Assembly (NCBI GenBank): GCA_963775425.1
Contig: CAVZJB010000018.1
Location: 211,582 to 275,581 of the forward strand
DNA: 64,000 bases
Direction of reading: 5' to 3'
Source: an uncultured delta proteobacterium
Lineage (GTDB): Bacteria > Myxococcota > UBA727 > VGSZ01
Positions 34,804-45,349 of this stretch are shown here, piece by piece (position 1 is the first letter of the stretch; each line of letters starts with the position of its first letter). The position numbers and the translations under genes are program-made. The notes under the pieces were generated by a model. That model did not search any database, was not told where the DNA came from, and saw only the letters and a program-made list of their open reading frames with translations.

Positions 34804-36177
34804 ATGCGCGTTTATCGTGGACTCGTCCTCGCCGGCTTGTTCGCCGGTTGTGTGTTGCCCACCGACCGCACACAGGATCTCGGCGACGGCGAGATCCACG
34901 GGGCGGTGAAAAGGGAGGACAAGAGCCCCGCGAAGGGCGCCCTCGTCCACGTCGCCGGCAGCGACCGCGTCACCCGCGTCGACGACGCGGGCGCCTTCGT
35001 CGTCCGCGGCCTCGTCCCGGGCACCTGGGTGCTCTCCATCACCGAGGACGACGAGGGCGACGGCGTCGCCGAGCGCGCCGCCCTCGTCCCCGTCACGCTC
35101 GCGCTCGCCGGCATCCCCAGGAACCTCACCGACGGCTGCACCGGCGCCCCGCCGCAGGCCGTGACCAGCTTCCTCCTCGGCGACGTCACCCTCGCCCCCA
35201 CCGTCACCCTGCGCGGCACCGTCACCCTCGGGGCCGCGGCGTCCGGCGACTTCGCCCGCGTCGTCGTCTGGCGCGACGTCGACGTCGGCGGCGAGGCCCA
35301 CGCCGGGCCCATCGAGGGCGCCGCGGGCGTCGGCGCGGACGGCAGCTTCGCCGTCGCCGGCATCGCCCCGGGGCCCGTGCACGTCGCGGCCTTCGCCTTC
35401 GATCCCCTCGAGGGCGCCGACAAGCCGCTCTTCTTCGGCGTCGCCGACGCCGACGCCGCCGACGCGAACGTCGCGGTCACCGTCGACCAGAGCGCGCGCA
35501 CCGCCGCCGACCCCACGCGCCAACAGACCACCCCGGTGCAGATCGACACCCAGTGGAACGTCCCCGCCACGCCCGCGGTGCAGCTCACGCTCGCCACGTT
35601 CCTCGCGCCCGACGGCGACACCGAGGTGCTCCCGCCCGACGGCACCGGCTGGGACCTCGACGAGCAGACCCACGCCTTCGTCCTCGACGCGCCCATCGGC
35701 GTCGTCGACATCGCGTTCGAGAGCGCCACCGACGGGGCCGTCGGCAGCACCCTGCGCGGCGCGGTGGTGGTCCCCGGCGTGGCCGTGCTCGGGCCGCTCG
35801 AGCTGCCGGTGCTCGCCGACCCCTGCGTCGTCGACGGCGGCGGCCGCGACTGCGACCACGACGGCGTCCCCGGGCTCGCCCTGCCCGACAACCCCGACGT
35901 CGTGCAGCAGTACCACGCCTGCGCGGCGTCCTGCGGCGCCGCGTTCGGCGCCGACAAGGCGGGCGCGGTCTGCGACGGCGACGGCTCCGACTGCGACGAC
36001 GACGGCGACGGCCAGCCCGACGTCACCGAGCCCGTGCAGTGCCTCGGCCCCGGCCGCGGCACCGACCTCGACGGCGACGGCCTGTGCGAGCCCGCGTCCG
36101 ATCCCTTCCCCTCGTGCGCCGACAACGATCCCGCGACGTGCCCCCAGGCGTTCGCCGCGCCGACGCCGCAATACTAG
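34804..36177 (+). CDS. Lipoprotein with carboxypeptidase-regulatory-like domains and DxDxDG motifs
   Basis: Lipobox FAGC; [14 protein letters not shown]; [14 protein letters not shown]. Confidence 0.72.
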   Translation: MRVYRGLVLAGLFAGCVLPTDRTQDLGDGEIHGAVKREDKSPAKGALVHVAGSDRVTRVDDAGAFVVRGLVPGTWVLSITEDDEGDGVAERAALVPVTLALAGIPRNLTDGCTGAPPQAVTSFLLGDVTLAPTVTLRGTVTLGAAASGDFARVVVWRDVDVGGEAHAGPIEGAAGVGADGSFAVAGIAPGPVHVAAFAFDPLEGADKPLFFGVADADAADANVAVTVDQSARTAADPTRQQTTPVQIDTQWNVPATPAVQLTLATFLAPDGDTEVLPPDGTGWDLDEQTHAFVLDAPIGVVDIAFESATDGAVGSTLRGAVVVPGVAVLGPLELPVLADPCVVDGGGRDCDHDGVPGLALPDNPDVVQQYHACAASCGAAFGADKAGAVCDGDGSDCDDDGDGQPDVTEPVQCLGPGRGTDLDGDGLCEPASDPFPSCADNDPATCPQAFAAPTPQY

Positions 36178-36185
36178 AGGAACCC

Positions 36186-36740
36186 GTGAGCATCCTGAGC
36201 GACAAGCGCATCCGCGAGCTGGTGAAGTCCCACGGCATGATCGAGCCGTTTGTCGAGGGACAAAGGCGCGACGGCTGCATCTCCTACGGGCTCAGCTCGT
36301 ACGGCTACGACGCGCGCGTGTCCCCGGAGTTCCTCATCTTCACCAACGTCGACAGCGCCGTCGTCGACCCCAAGGCGTTCTCCGACAAGGCCTTCGTCAA
36401 GCGCGAGACCGACGTCTGCATCATCCCGCCCAACAGCTTCGCGCTCGCGCGCACCGTCGAGTACTTCCGGGTGCCGCGCGACGTCATGGTCATCTGCCTC
36501 GGCAAGTCCACCTACGCCCGCTGCGGCATCATCGTGAACGTCACGCCGCTCGAGCCGGAGTGGGAGGGGCACGTCACCCTCGAGTTCTCGAACACCACGC
36601 CGCTGCCCGCCAAGATCTACGCGAACGAGGGCGCCTGCCAGTTCCTCTTCCTCGAGGGCGACCAGCCCTGCGAGGTGAGCTACCTCGACCGCAAGGGCAA
36701 GTACCAGGGCCAAAAGGGCGTCGTCCCCCCGCGGCTGTGA
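36186..36740 (+). CDS. dcd: dCTP deaminase
   Basis: [37 protein letters not shown] 36186. Confidence 0.96.
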   Translation: MSILSDKRIRELVKSHGMIEPFVEGQRRDGCISYGLSSYGYDARVSPEFLIFTNVDSAVVDPKAFSDKAFVKRETDVCIIPPNSFALARTVEYFRVPRDVMVICLGKSTYARCGIIVNVTPLEPEWEGHVTLEFSNTTPLPAKIYANEGACQFLFLEGDQPCEVSYLDRKGKYQGQKGVVPPRL

Positions 36741-36749
36741 GACGTCCTG

Positions 36750-36755
36750 TGTCAA
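36750..36755 (-). promoter_or_regulatory. -35 box of the IS110 circle-junction promoter
   Basis: TTGACA; after circularisation it lies 17 nt from CAACCT (38237-38232). Confidence 0.65.
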
Positions 36756-36778
36756 CCACCGCGCTGCGTCACGCCATC

Positions 36779-37984
36779 TCAGGCGGCGAGCGCGGCGGCG
36801 CGGCCGTGAAGGGCCGGGTCGTACGGGACGCGGGCTTTCCAGCACGCGTACAGCACCCGGAGCCACGCACGAGCGAGGATGCGGGTCGCATGCGGGTGGT
36901 CGTGGCCGCGAGCGCGGGCAGCGTCGTAGAGGGCGGCGGCCCATGGCGAGCTGTGTCGCGAGTTGTCGGCCCAGAGGGTCACGGCGGAGCGCAGGTGCTT
37001 GTTGCACGCCCACCGGAACGCGACGCCGACGTGCTTGCCGGACGCGAACGTTACGGGGCACACGCCAGCCTCGGCCTCGAGGTGCTCGTGGCTGTCGAAG
37101 CGCGCGCGCTCGTCGCCGAGCTCGCTGAGAATCTGCGCGGCGTTGATGCGTCCGCTGCGCGGAAACGACATCACGATGTGCCCGTCGGGGTGCGCCTCGA
37201 CGGCGTGTTCGACGGCGGCGTTGAGCTTCTTGAGACGTGCGACGACGATGTCGAGGACCGCGACGAGGTGCTGCACGGCTTCCCCCTTCGCCTCGGCCTC
37301 CATCTCGCCGCACTTGCCGCTGGGCGCACCTCGCAAGCGGCCCAGGAGCTCGGCGACGTCCCTGCGACCGGAGTAGTGGTTGCGCGCCAGGAACGCTTCG
37401 AGCCGCTTCTCGCCGACGCGCTCGGCGTGCTGCGGTGTCGGGTACCTCCCGAGGAACGCCAGCGCGATGGGCGAGTCGATGTCGCGGAAGATGCACGCGG
37501 CGCCGGCCCAGAAGCTCTCAACGAGCGCGCGCAGCTGGTTCGCCAGTGCAACCCGCTCGGCAACGAGGTCGCCGCGTGCGCGAACGAGGGCACGCAGCGC
37601 CTTCGTCTCGTCTCCGAGCGGCGTGAGCGTCTTGAAGCGATGCCCATCGGTGCGCAGCAAGTCTGCCAGCAGGTAGCTGTCGCCGGGGTCGCTCTTGGCG
37701 CCAACGCTCGAGTAGCGCGGACGCGTCGCTTTCACGACGTTCGGGTGAATCGGCACGACGTGGAATCCCGCATCGACCAGCGTGTCGACGACGAGCCCCG
37801 TCGGCCGCTCGATGGCGATGCGCAGCGGCGCTTCCTCAGTGAACCTACGGAGCTTCGCCACAGCGCCGGTGAGACCCTCCTCGGTGTGCTTGACGACGAG
37901 GCGGAGCACGACGCTGCCCTTGTCGTCGATGACGCAGACGGCGTGTTCGTTCGCCGCCCAATCCAAACCTGCAAAGTACGACAC
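36779..37984 (-). CDS. IS110 DEDD recombinase/transposase
   Basis: FAGLDW, IAIE, KSDPGD (DEDD); AGVCPVTFASG serine loop; GGAGG before GTG 37984. Confidence 0.95.
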   Translation of the reverse strand: MSYFAGLDWAANEHAVCVIDDKGSVVLRLVVKHTEEGLTGAVAKLRRFTEEAPLRIAIERPTGLVVDTLVDAGFHVVPIHPNVVKATRPRYSSVGAKSDPGDSYLLADLLRTDGHRFKTLTPLGDETKALRALVRARGDLVAERVALANQLRALVESFWAGAACIFRDIDSPIALAFLGRYPTPQHAERVGEKRLEAFLARNHYSGRRDVAELLGRLRGAPSGKCGEMEAEAKGEAVQHLVAVLDIVVARLKKLNAAVEHAVEAHPDGHIVMSFPRSGRINAAQILSELGDERARFDSHEHLEAEAGVCPVTFASGKHVGVAFRWACNKHLRSAVTLWADNSRHSSPWAAALYDAARARGHDHPHATRILARAWLRVLYACWKARVPYDPALHGRAAALAA

Positions 37985-37994
37985 GACGGACCTC

Positions 37995-38225
37995 CTTGTT
38001 GCGGTACCGTCCCCCGGGCTGGGAGCCTTGATCGGTTGCTCATTGACAGGCGCTCCGTCGTCGTCAGCAAACATCGTCGGGCGCAACGTCCTGTAGCCGC
38101 TTCAAGGCTCCCGGCTTCGTCGAGGGGGCGGGTCTCACAGGGGCCGTTCACCGGCAAGCGAGCGCGGCCCTCCCCGACGAAGCCCGGGAGACGGCGCCGG
38201 GAAGATCGCTCAACCCGTCACCGCG
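37995..38225 (-). ncRNA. Predicted IS110 bridge RNA (ends approximate)
   Basis: Four short segments match the reconstructed target and donor sites in the expected order (see findings). Confidence 0.78.
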
Positions 38226-38350
38226 GCGTAGAGGTTGTCCAATGAGCGCGGCAGGCGGCCCGCCGCGCCTGCAACCGGAATCCCCCGTCGTCAAGCGAGC
38301 GCTCGTCCGGCGTCCGGCGTGAGACACGCCCGCGGCGCGCGCCCTTTGTC

Positions 38351-39871
38351 GTGCCACAACCAGACGAGATGTCCGGGACCTACGCCGCCGTCCAGAAGCA
38401 CCCGCGCTACCCGCTGGAGGTCCCCGTCGACGTCGTCACCCCGGCGGCGGAGGTGCAGCAGCTCGCGCTCGTCGACATCTCCCTCGGCGGCGTCTTCATC
38501 CGCACCGCGCGGCCGCCGCCGCCCGGGAGCGCCCTGCGCCTGCGCATCCGGACCGGGGAGGCCGCCGCGAGCCTCGGCCTCACGGGGCGGGTGGTCCACA
38601 TCCTCGACGAGGACGAGGCCCGCAGGAAGGCGCACCCGCCCGGCATGGGCGTGCAGTTCGAGGGCATCTCGGAGCAGACGCGCGCCCAACTGCAGCGCCT
38701 CGTCGACGGGCTCGTCGAGGCCGCCCGCCGGGAGCGCGCCCGCCGCGGCGCCGTGCGCTTCGCGCCGCCTGCCGCGATCGTGGTGAGCCCCGAGCGCGGC
38801 GCGGTCGCCGCGCTGTGGGAGCAGGGGCTCAAGCACGGCGGGGTGTTCGTCGAGTGCCCGCAGGGGCCCCCGTTCGGCGCGCGGGTCGGCGTGTCCATCG
38901 GGCCGCTCACGCTCAAGGCCGACGTCGTGCACATCGACGCCGGCCGCGGCTTCGGCGTGCAGGTGCTCGACCTCGACGAAAAGAAGCGCGAGGCCCTGCT
39001 GCGCTTCGCCCAGGGGACGGCGGAGCACATCGCCGTCGAGGAGGTGCGCGTCGTCGGCCCGCCGCTCGGCAAGGTGCTCGCCGCCGCCCGCCGGCTCTTC
39101 ACGGGCATCGACGAGGGCGACCTCTTCGGCGGCGCCGGCCTCCCCGACACCGCCGGGGCCGACGAGGTCAAGGTGCGCGTCGCCGGCCTCGTGCGGCTGT
39201 TCTCGACCAGGCGCCCCGACGCCACGCCGCCGCAGCAGGCGCGCATCGAGGCCGCGTCACGCGCCGCCGCCAAGCTCGAGCCGCTTCTGCTCGCGCGCGT
39301 GGCGGCGCTGCGCAAGGAGGCGGAGCTGGCGCCGGCGCAGCTCGACGAGAGCGATCGCGTGCGGGAGCTCGTCGCCGAAGCGCAGCGGCTCATGGCGAAG
39401 GAGCCTGCGTCGGCGCGGCGCGTGTTGTTGAGCGCGCTCGAGATCGCCCCCGATGACGACGACGTCATGCGGCGGCTCGCGGCGCTCAACGAGACCATGG
39501 ACTTCGCCCGCGCCGTGGACCTCGTGAAGAGCGCCGACGTCTTCGTGCAGGGCGTGGGCATGCGCGCGGAGGCGGTGCAGCGCGCGCGCGAGGCCGCGCG
39601 GCTGACGCGGCGCCGCGAGGTGCGCCTGCTCGCGGTGCGCGTGCTCGCCAAGGCGGGCGAGCCCGACGACGCGGCCCTGCTCGCCGAGGAGCTGGTCGAC
39701 GCGGACCCGCGGGACGCGCTCGGGTGGCAGGCGCTCCTCGCCGTCAACGAGCGGCGCGAGGACTGGCGCGGCGCCGCGCGCGCCGGTGAGGCCCTGCTGC
39801 GCCTGAAGCCCGGCGACCCCGCCTTGAAGAAGCGCGTGGCCAAGGCGGTGGAGCGGGCGCGCCGCGGCTGA
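38351..39871 (+). CDS. PilZ-domain protein with C-terminal TPR-like repeats
   Basis: KHPR..DISLGGVF, PPGMGVQF; second degenerate PilZ; helical repeats. ATG 38369 is an alternative start. Confidence 0.8.
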   Translation: MPQPDEMSGTYAAVQKHPRYPLEVPVDVVTPAAEVQQLALVDISLGGVFIRTARPPPPGSALRLRIRTGEAAASLGLTGRVVHILDEDEARRKAHPPGMGVQFEGISEQTRAQLQRLVDGLVEAARRERARRGAVRFAPPAAIVVSPERGAVAALWEQGLKHGGVFVECPQGPPFGARVGVSIGPLTLKADVVHIDAGRGFGVQVLDLDEKKREALLRFAQGTAEHIAVEEVRVVGPPLGKVLAAARRLFTGIDEGDLFGGAGLPDTAGADEVKVRVAGLVRLFSTRRPDATPPQQARIEAASRAAAKLEPLLLARVAALRKEAELAPAQLDESDRVRELVAEAQRLMAKEPASARRVLLSALEIAPDDDDVMRRLAALNETMDFARAVDLVKSADVFVQGVGMRAEAVQRAREAARLTRRREVRLLAVRVLAKAGEPDDAALLAEELVDADPRDALGWQALLAVNERREDWRGAARAGEALLRLKPGDPALKKRVAKAVERARRG

Positions 39872-39893
39872 CCCGCCGCGTTAGGCTGTCCGC

Positions 39894-40790
39894 ATGTCCG
39901 AGCCGGGCCCGACGGAGCGCCGCCTCGCCGCGCGCCACGACGTCGAGATCGACGTCGATCTGCACACCAAGAGGGAGCGCATCCCGCTGCGCGCCCTCGA
40001 CGTCAGCCGCCACGGCCTGTTCGTCCAGACCAAGGACCCCGCGCCCGTGGGCCACGCGGTGCTCCTCACCGTGCGCTTGCGCGGCGGCCCCTTCGAGGCC
40101 ATGGCCACGGTGGCGCGCAGGGAGACGGACCTGCGCCACGGCCCCATGGGCATGGGCCTCAAGCTCTTCTGCCTCGGCGCCGACGCCAAGGCGCGCTGGG
40201 ACGGCTTCGTGGCGTCGCTCGAGAGCCCGGGCGTGGCGCTGCCGACGAGGACGAGCGCCCGCGGCGCGTGCTTCCTGGTGCAGCCCGACGACCCACAGGA
40301 CCTGCTGTTGTTCTTCCTGAAAAACGTCGTCGGCGCGAGCACGTTTCATTGCGCGCCGGCGGTGCGCACGATCGGCGCGCCGGTGAGCGTGGTGCTCGTG
40401 CACCCGAAGACGCACGCGGAGTGGGCGCTGCCGGCGAGGGTCGTCGAGTGGAGCGCCGACCACCCGCTGCGCATGGGCATTCGCTTCGACCCCGTCGACC
40501 GCGAAGGCCGCGGCGCCTTCAAGGAATTCCTCGGCGACGTCGCGGGCGCAGCGGCCCTCTCGGGGACGCCGCCGGCGCCCGCCGCGCCGCTCGTCGCGCA
40601 ACAGCGCCCGCGCTGGACCGAGTACGCCCTGTACTCCCCCAAGCTGCGCGTGCAGCCGCCCGAGGAGGTGCTGCTCCTCGAAGAGGAGGCCCTCGACGTC
40701 ATCGAGGGCGAGCTTCTGGATCTCGAGGAGCTCGAGCTCATCGACAAAAGAGAGCTCTTCGACTTCTCCTGGAGCAACGACGACGACTGA
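39894..40790 (+). CDS. Tandem PilZ-domain protein
   Basis: ERRLAAR..DVSRHG, GMGLK, MGIRF; acidic C-terminus. Confidence 0.82.
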   Translation: MSEPGPTERRLAARHDVEIDVDLHTKRERIPLRALDVSRHGLFVQTKDPAPVGHAVLLTVRLRGGPFEAMATVARRETDLRHGPMGMGLKLFCLGADAKARWDGFVASLESPGVALPTRTSARGACFLVQPDDPQDLLLFFLKNVVGASTFHCAPAVRTIGAPVSVVLVHPKTHAEWALPARVVEWSADHPLRMGIRFDPVDREGRGAFKEFLGDVAGAAALSGTPPAPAAPLVAQQRPRWTEYALYSPKLRVQPPEEVLLLEEEALDVIEGELLDLEELELIDKRELFDFSWSNDDD

Positions 40791-40791
40791 A

Positions 40792-41168
40792 AGGCTGACG
40801 AATTACAAGGCTCGTAGCAGCACTCGGCGAAGCCGCCCACAAGGTGGCTCGCCGCGCGGAGTACGTGGCGAGGCACGTCGGCGCGCAAGAACCGCTGCAG
40901 GTTGTGAGCCGACGATCCAACGGAAGGCGTCGTCGTTCGTCGTCAGCCGGGTGCTCGGGGCCGATGAGGTCGTCCACGGCCCTGGGTCTTCAGCTTGGGC
41001 GCTCGGAATCAGCGAAGGCTAGACAACGTCGCCACCGCCGGAGCGGAAAGGAGCGGAGAGCTCGGCGCCCCGGCGCTCAACTCGGCGCGCGTCTTCGTCG
41101 CCACCGCCGGAGCTCCTTTCCGCTCCGCACCGTCCCCTTCCGGGTGGCTCGGATCAACGCGTCAGCTT
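40792..41168 (-). mobile_element. Internally deleted IS1182-like element / MITE, copy 2
   Basis: AGGCTGACG...CGTCAGCTT ends; arms match 364-560 and 1006-1122 inverted; interior encodes VDDLIGPEHPA, resembling a DUF772 start. Confidence 0.75.
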
Positions 41169-41175
41169 CGCTGCT

Positions 41176-41532
41176 TCAGGCGGTGAAGCCGCGCCGCGGC
41201 CGCGGCGGCGGGGGGCGCCCGGTCCCCTGGCACCTGCCGCCGCGCCCGCAGTGCCCCTGGAGCCCGACGAGCTCGAGGTTCGCCGCGGGGAGACGGTCTG
41301 CGCTGCCGCCCTGGAACTGCTGGCGGATCGCGTCCTCCGCGCTCTTGGCGAGCGAGCGGGCGCTGTCGACGATGCTCTGGGCGACGTTGGTCTTGGTGTC
41401 CGCCTTGGGGTCCACCGGGGTCGCGGTGGCGCCCACGGCCGGCGCGGCGCCGTCTGCGTCGGGCTTGGACGGGAGCGAGGACAGGCGCTGCTGCTGGGCC
41501 ACCGAGGTCTGCGAGGTGCGGTCGATGCTCAT
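41176..41532 (-). CDS. Hypothetical protein, possibly truncated or frameshifted
   Basis: GGAGG RBS and coding-like first ~90 codons, then a low-complexity tail next to the MITE. Confidence 0.5.
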   Translation of the reverse strand: MSIDRTSQTSVAQQQRLSSLPSKPDADGAAPAVGATATPVDPKADTKTNVAQSIVDSARSLAKSAEDAIRQQFQGGSADRLPAANLELVGLQGHCGRGGRCQGTGRPPPPRPRRGFTA

Positions 41533-41636
41533 GGGTCCTCCCGGGCGCGCCTGCGCCGCCCTCGGATTGTCGGCTCAGATCCGGGCGGCGCCCTTCGGCC
41601 AAGCTGTTGAGCGAGCCGCCCCTACAGCGGCGCAGC

Positions 41637-43544
41637 TCAGTGGGTCGCCGGGGCCTGGCCGGCCTGGGGCGTCCAGGTCGACGGCGGGTATTCGTAGAGC
41701 GGGTCGAAGTCGTCCGGGCTCGACACCGTATGGAAGGCGATGTCCGCGATCGCGGCGCCGAGGGGGGCGCCGACGGCGACGGTGAGCCTGGCCTTGCCCG
41801 CGTCCTTGAGGGCCGCGATGCGCCGGAAGAGCGCCAGGAGATCTCCGGCCGGCGCGGTGGTGGCCTGCTCGATCAGCCGCTCGCGCTCGAGCACCAGCGG
41901 GTCGAGGAGCCCGTGGACGACGGCGCGGTCCTTATGCCCCGCGTCGATGAGGTGGTCGACGGCGCGCCGGCGCAGCTCGGCCTGGGCGCGCAGGTACTCG
42001 AGCCCGCCCTGCGCGAGGCCCTGCTGGATCACCTCGGGCGTGTCCGGCGGCAGCCAGCGCACGGGGGCGGAGGAGTCGTAGTCCCACATGTCGAGCTCCT
42101 CGGTGGCAAGCTTGGCGTTGCCGAGGTCCTTGAGCACCGCGCGGGCCTCGTCGACGGCGCCGGCGTCGCTGCCGTGCCCGCGGAGCTTCTTCAGGCGCGC
42201 GCGCAGCAGCGCGATGAGGCGGTCCGCGACGGCCGCCGAGGTGTGCTCGTCGACGTGGGCCATGTCCGCCATGGCCAGGAACACGGCGCGGTGCACGATC
42301 GGGTTTTCGACGAGGGCGGTGTCCAGGTACGCGTCGGTGCGCTCCTGCGCCGACGGCGCGCGCAACAGGAGGAAGACGACGGCGCAGACGGCGGCGGCGC
42401 ACAGCGCGGCGCCGGAGAGCGCGGCGACCAGGCGGCGGGGGGCGGCGCGCTTGTTCGGGCCCGGCGCCGGCCGGTCCTTCTTGGTGATGGCCTCCGTGCC
42501 GCCGAAGACCGAGCGCGTCACGGGCGTCGCCGACGGGGTGCGCTCCCGCCCGGAGGACGACGACGTGATGGGCGGGTAGTCGCGCACCACGCGCATGGTC
42601 TGATCGGGCCCGGCCTCGATGCGCTCCTGCCGCTCCCGCAGCGCGTCGCCGGCGACGGCCTCGACGAACGCCGCCACCGCGCGCTGCCCGAGCTCGGCGC
42701 GCGTCTCCGGCAACGTGGCCTCGATGGCGGCGGCGACGTCGGCGAGGGAGCGGTAGCGCTTGCCCGGGTTGCGGTCGAGCATGCGCATCACGATCTTGTC
42801 GAGCGGCGCCGCGTCCGCGCGCTTCGACGACGGCGGCGGCACCTTGCGCGCGAGCACGCGCCGCAGCGTGTCCTGCGGCGAATGCGCCTTGAACAGCGGC
42901 TCGCCCACGAGCAGCTCCCACAGGACGATGCCGAGGGAGAACTGGTCCGCCGCCGCCGTGGTCTCGTCGCCGCGCGCCTGCTCCGGCGCCATGTACGACA
43001 GAGTTCCTGGCACCTGGCCCGTGGCCGTGTGCGAGAGCCGGTGCTCGCTCTTGGCGATGCCGAAGTCGCCGATCTTGGAGACGCCGTCGGTGCGCACGAA
43101 GATGTTCTTGGGCGCGACGTCGCGGTGAACGATGCGCAGCGGGCGCCCGTCGACGTCGTGCGCGTCGTGCGCGTGGGCGAGGCCGCGGGCGGCGTCGGCG
43201 ATGATGCGCGCGACGACGACGATGGGGAAGCGGATCTCCTTCTTCTTGGCGAGCCGCCGGAGCGCGCCGGCGTTTTCGCCGTGCACGTACTCGAGGGCGA
43301 GGAAGGGACCGTCGTCGTCGCCGACCTCGAGGATGGACACCACGTTTTCGTGCGAGAGCGCGGCGGCCACGCGCGCCTCGTCGAGGAAGCGGTGCATGGC
43401 GTCCTCGTCGCCCTCGACCTGCGGCAGCAGGCGCTTGAGCACCACCGTGCGCCGGAAGCCGCCCATCCCCTCCTGGCGCGCAAGGAACACCTCGCCCATG
43501 CCGCCGACGGCGATGCGCTCGAGCGTCGTGTACCTCACTCCCAT
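41637..43544 (-). CDS. Transmembrane Ser/Thr protein kinase
   Basis: IAVGGMG, VVLK, HRDVAPKN, DFG, YMAPE; TM. Start ATG 43544. Confidence 0.9.
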   Translation of the reverse strand: MGVRYTTLERIAVGGMGEVFLARQEGMGGFRRTVVLKRLLPQVEGDEDAMHRFLDEARVAAALSHENVVSILEVGDDDGPFLALEYVHGENAGALRRLAKKKEIRFPIVVVARIIADAARGLAHAHDAHDVDGRPLRIVHRDVAPKNIFVRTDGVSKIGDFGIAKSEHRLSHTATGQVPGTLSYMAPEQARGDETTAAADQFSLGIVLWELLVGEPLFKAHSPQDTLRRVLARKVPPPSSKRADAAPLDKIVMRMLDRNPGKRYRSLADVAAAIEATLPETRAELGQRAVAAFVEAVAGDALRERQERIEAGPDQTMRVVRDYPPITSSSSGRERTPSATPVTRSVFGGTEAITKKDRPAPGPNKRAAPRRLVAALSGAALCAAAVCAVVFLLLRAPSAQERTDAYLDTALVENPIVHRAVFLAMADMAHVDEHTSAAVADRLIALLRARLKKLRGHGSDAGAVDEARAVLKDLGNAKLATEELDMWDYDSSAPVRWLPPDTPEVIQQGLAQGGLEYLRAQAELRRRAVDHLIDAGHKDRAVVHGLLDPLVLERERLIEQATTAPAGDLLALFRRIAALKDAGKARLTVAVGAPLGAAIADIAFHTVSSPDDFDPLYEYPPSTWTPQAGQAPATH

Positions 43545-43685
43545 CTCGACCGAGGATATCGCCAATCTCCGGGCAGCGGTCGGGCCGCTCCGCCAATCTC
43601 CGGATGCCGCGGCGCCGGCACCCACCCGCCCGCCCGCCCGGCGCGCCGCTTGCGGCCGGTCGGGCGCATCGCCAAGACCAGACGG

Positions 43686-44387
43686 ATGCGCGTCGCCACC
43701 TTCAACATCTGGGGCCTGCCCCCGCCCTTGTCCTGGCCGCCGCGCCGACGCCGCTACCCGCGCGTGCGCGGCTTCCTCGCTCAAGGCGCCTTCGACGTCG
43801 TCGGCCTGCAGGAGCTGTGGCGCCCGCACCCGAGGAGCTTCCCCGTCTCCGCCTGGAGCGCGCACCTCGTCGTGCCCGGCGACGACGACGCCAACTCCGG
43901 CCTCGCCCTCGCGCTGCGCGGCCCCGCGCTCGAGGTCGTGCACCGGCCCTACGACGCGGGCGCCCGCTTCTTCGAGGCGGTGTGGACGCGCAAGGGCTTC
44001 CTGCACGCGCGCCTGCCCGACGTCGACGTGTTCACCACGCACCTGCAGGCCTACGACACCATGAAGGACGCCGCCGTGCGCGCGCGCCAGGTGGACCTGC
44101 TGCTCGAGGCCGTGGACGCCGTGAGCCGGCCCACCGTCGTCATGGGCGACTTCAACCTCCACGGGCAAAACCGCGAGGACCGGGCCACGGTGAAGCGCAT
44201 CGAGGGGGCCGGCCTCGTCGACGCCGTGCTGCCCTTCGATCCGTCGCCGACCTGGTCGGTGCTCGGCCGCAGCCAGCGCTACGACCGCATCTACGTGAAG
44301 GGCCTCGAGCCGGTGTCCGCCCACGTCGACCGCACGCGCTTGTCTGACCACCACCCCGTCGTCGCCGAGCTCAGGCCGGCCACCTGA
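43686..44387 (+). CDS. Endonuclease/exonuclease/phosphatase-family protein
   Basis: MRVATFN, GLQE, TTHL, MGDFN, YDRI, SDH. Confidence 0.9.
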   Translation: MRVATFNIWGLPPPLSWPPRRRRYPRVRGFLAQGAFDVVGLQELWRPHPRSFPVSAWSAHLVVPGDDDANSGLALALRGPALEVVHRPYDAGARFFEAVWTRKGFLHARLPDVDVFTTHLQAYDTMKDAAVRARQVDLLLEAVDAVSRPTVVMGDFNLHGQNREDRATVKRIEGAGLVDAVLPFDPSPTWSVLGRSQRYDRIYVKGLEPVSAHVDRTRLSDHHPVVAELRPAT

Positions 44388-44466
44388 GCGTCGCGTCTTG
44401 GTCACGCGCGGAACCTGGCGCGGTCCCGGTCGCCATGGCGCATCAAAGGTGGTCAGCTCGCGCGTC

Positions 44467-45243
44467 ATGAACGAGCGCACCATCGCCAATCACTCCGGCG
44501 CCCCCCGCCACCCGTCGACGTGGCGGACGTACCTCGTCCTCGCGCACACGCTCTCCGGCTCGGCCAGGATCGCGGCGCGCGCGGCAATGGGCCAGCTCGA
44601 GCGCGACGACGTCGAGCGGGTCCTGCAGCGCTGGACGCGACATATCTTCGACATCTCCGAGCTCACGCTCGTCGCCACCGGCCTCGACAACGTCGCCGGT
44701 GGCGGCCCCTGCGTCATCCTGTGCAACCACGTGTCGCTCCTCGACACGCCGTGCATCGTGGCGAGCTTCCCGGGCTCGGTGCGCTTCATCTCCAAAAAGG
44801 AGCTGCGGCGCGTGCCGGTGTTCGGCAAGGCCATGGAGGACGCCGGCGTCGTCTTCGTCGACCGCGAAAACCGCGAGAAGGCCATCGGCCAGCTCGACGG
44901 CGCCAAGCGCCTGCTGCGCGACGGCTACGCGCTGTGGGTGGCGGCCGAGGGCAAGCGCTCGCGCGACGGGCGGCTGCACGCGTTCAAGAAGGGCGCGTTC
45001 CACGTCGCCGTGGAGCTCGGCGTGCCCATCGTGCCGGCGTGGATCCAGGGCACGCTCGACGTCATCCCGCCCGATCAGTGGCGGGCGTGGACGGGCCAGA
45101 AGGTGACGGTGGCGTACGGCGAGAAGGTGTCCACCGAGGGAAAGACCCGCGACGACATCCCCGCGCTGATGGACACGGTGCGCGCGCGCATGCTCGCGCT
45201 GGCGTACGCCTGCGGCGCGCCCGCCGACGTCGACGCCGCGTGA
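44467..45243 (+). CDS. 1-acyl-sn-glycerol-3-phosphate acyltransferase (PlsC-like)
   Basis: NHVSLLD (HX4D), FVDR, AEGKRS, FKKGAF. Confidence 0.9.
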   Translation: MNERTIANHSGAPRHPSTWRTYLVLAHTLSGSARIAARAAMGQLERDDVERVLQRWTRHIFDISELTLVATGLDNVAGGGPCVILCNHVSLLDTPCIVASFPGSVRFISKKELRRVPVFGKAMEDAGVVFVDRENREKAIGQLDGAKRLLRDGYALWVAAEGKRSRDGRLHAFKKGAFHVAVELGVPIVPAWIQGTLDVIPPDQWRAWTGQKVTVAYGEKVSTEGKTRDDIPALMDTVRARMLALAYACGAPADVDAA

Positions 45244-45349
45244 AGCGGTCGCCGCGCTGGCGCGGTTTTGGGTGTGGGCGCCGGATCACGTCGGCGTAGG
45301 CGGCGCTCGAAGTCGCGAGCAGCCGTTCGGGCGCTCTATCCTGGCGTCG

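Larger units (their letters stand above)
36742..38246 (-). mobile_element. IS110-family insertion sequence (about 1.5 kb)
   Basis: TGAG at both junctions (36738-41 and 38243-46), no TIRs, outward TTGACA near the 3' end, long 5' non-coding end. Confidence 0.88.
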
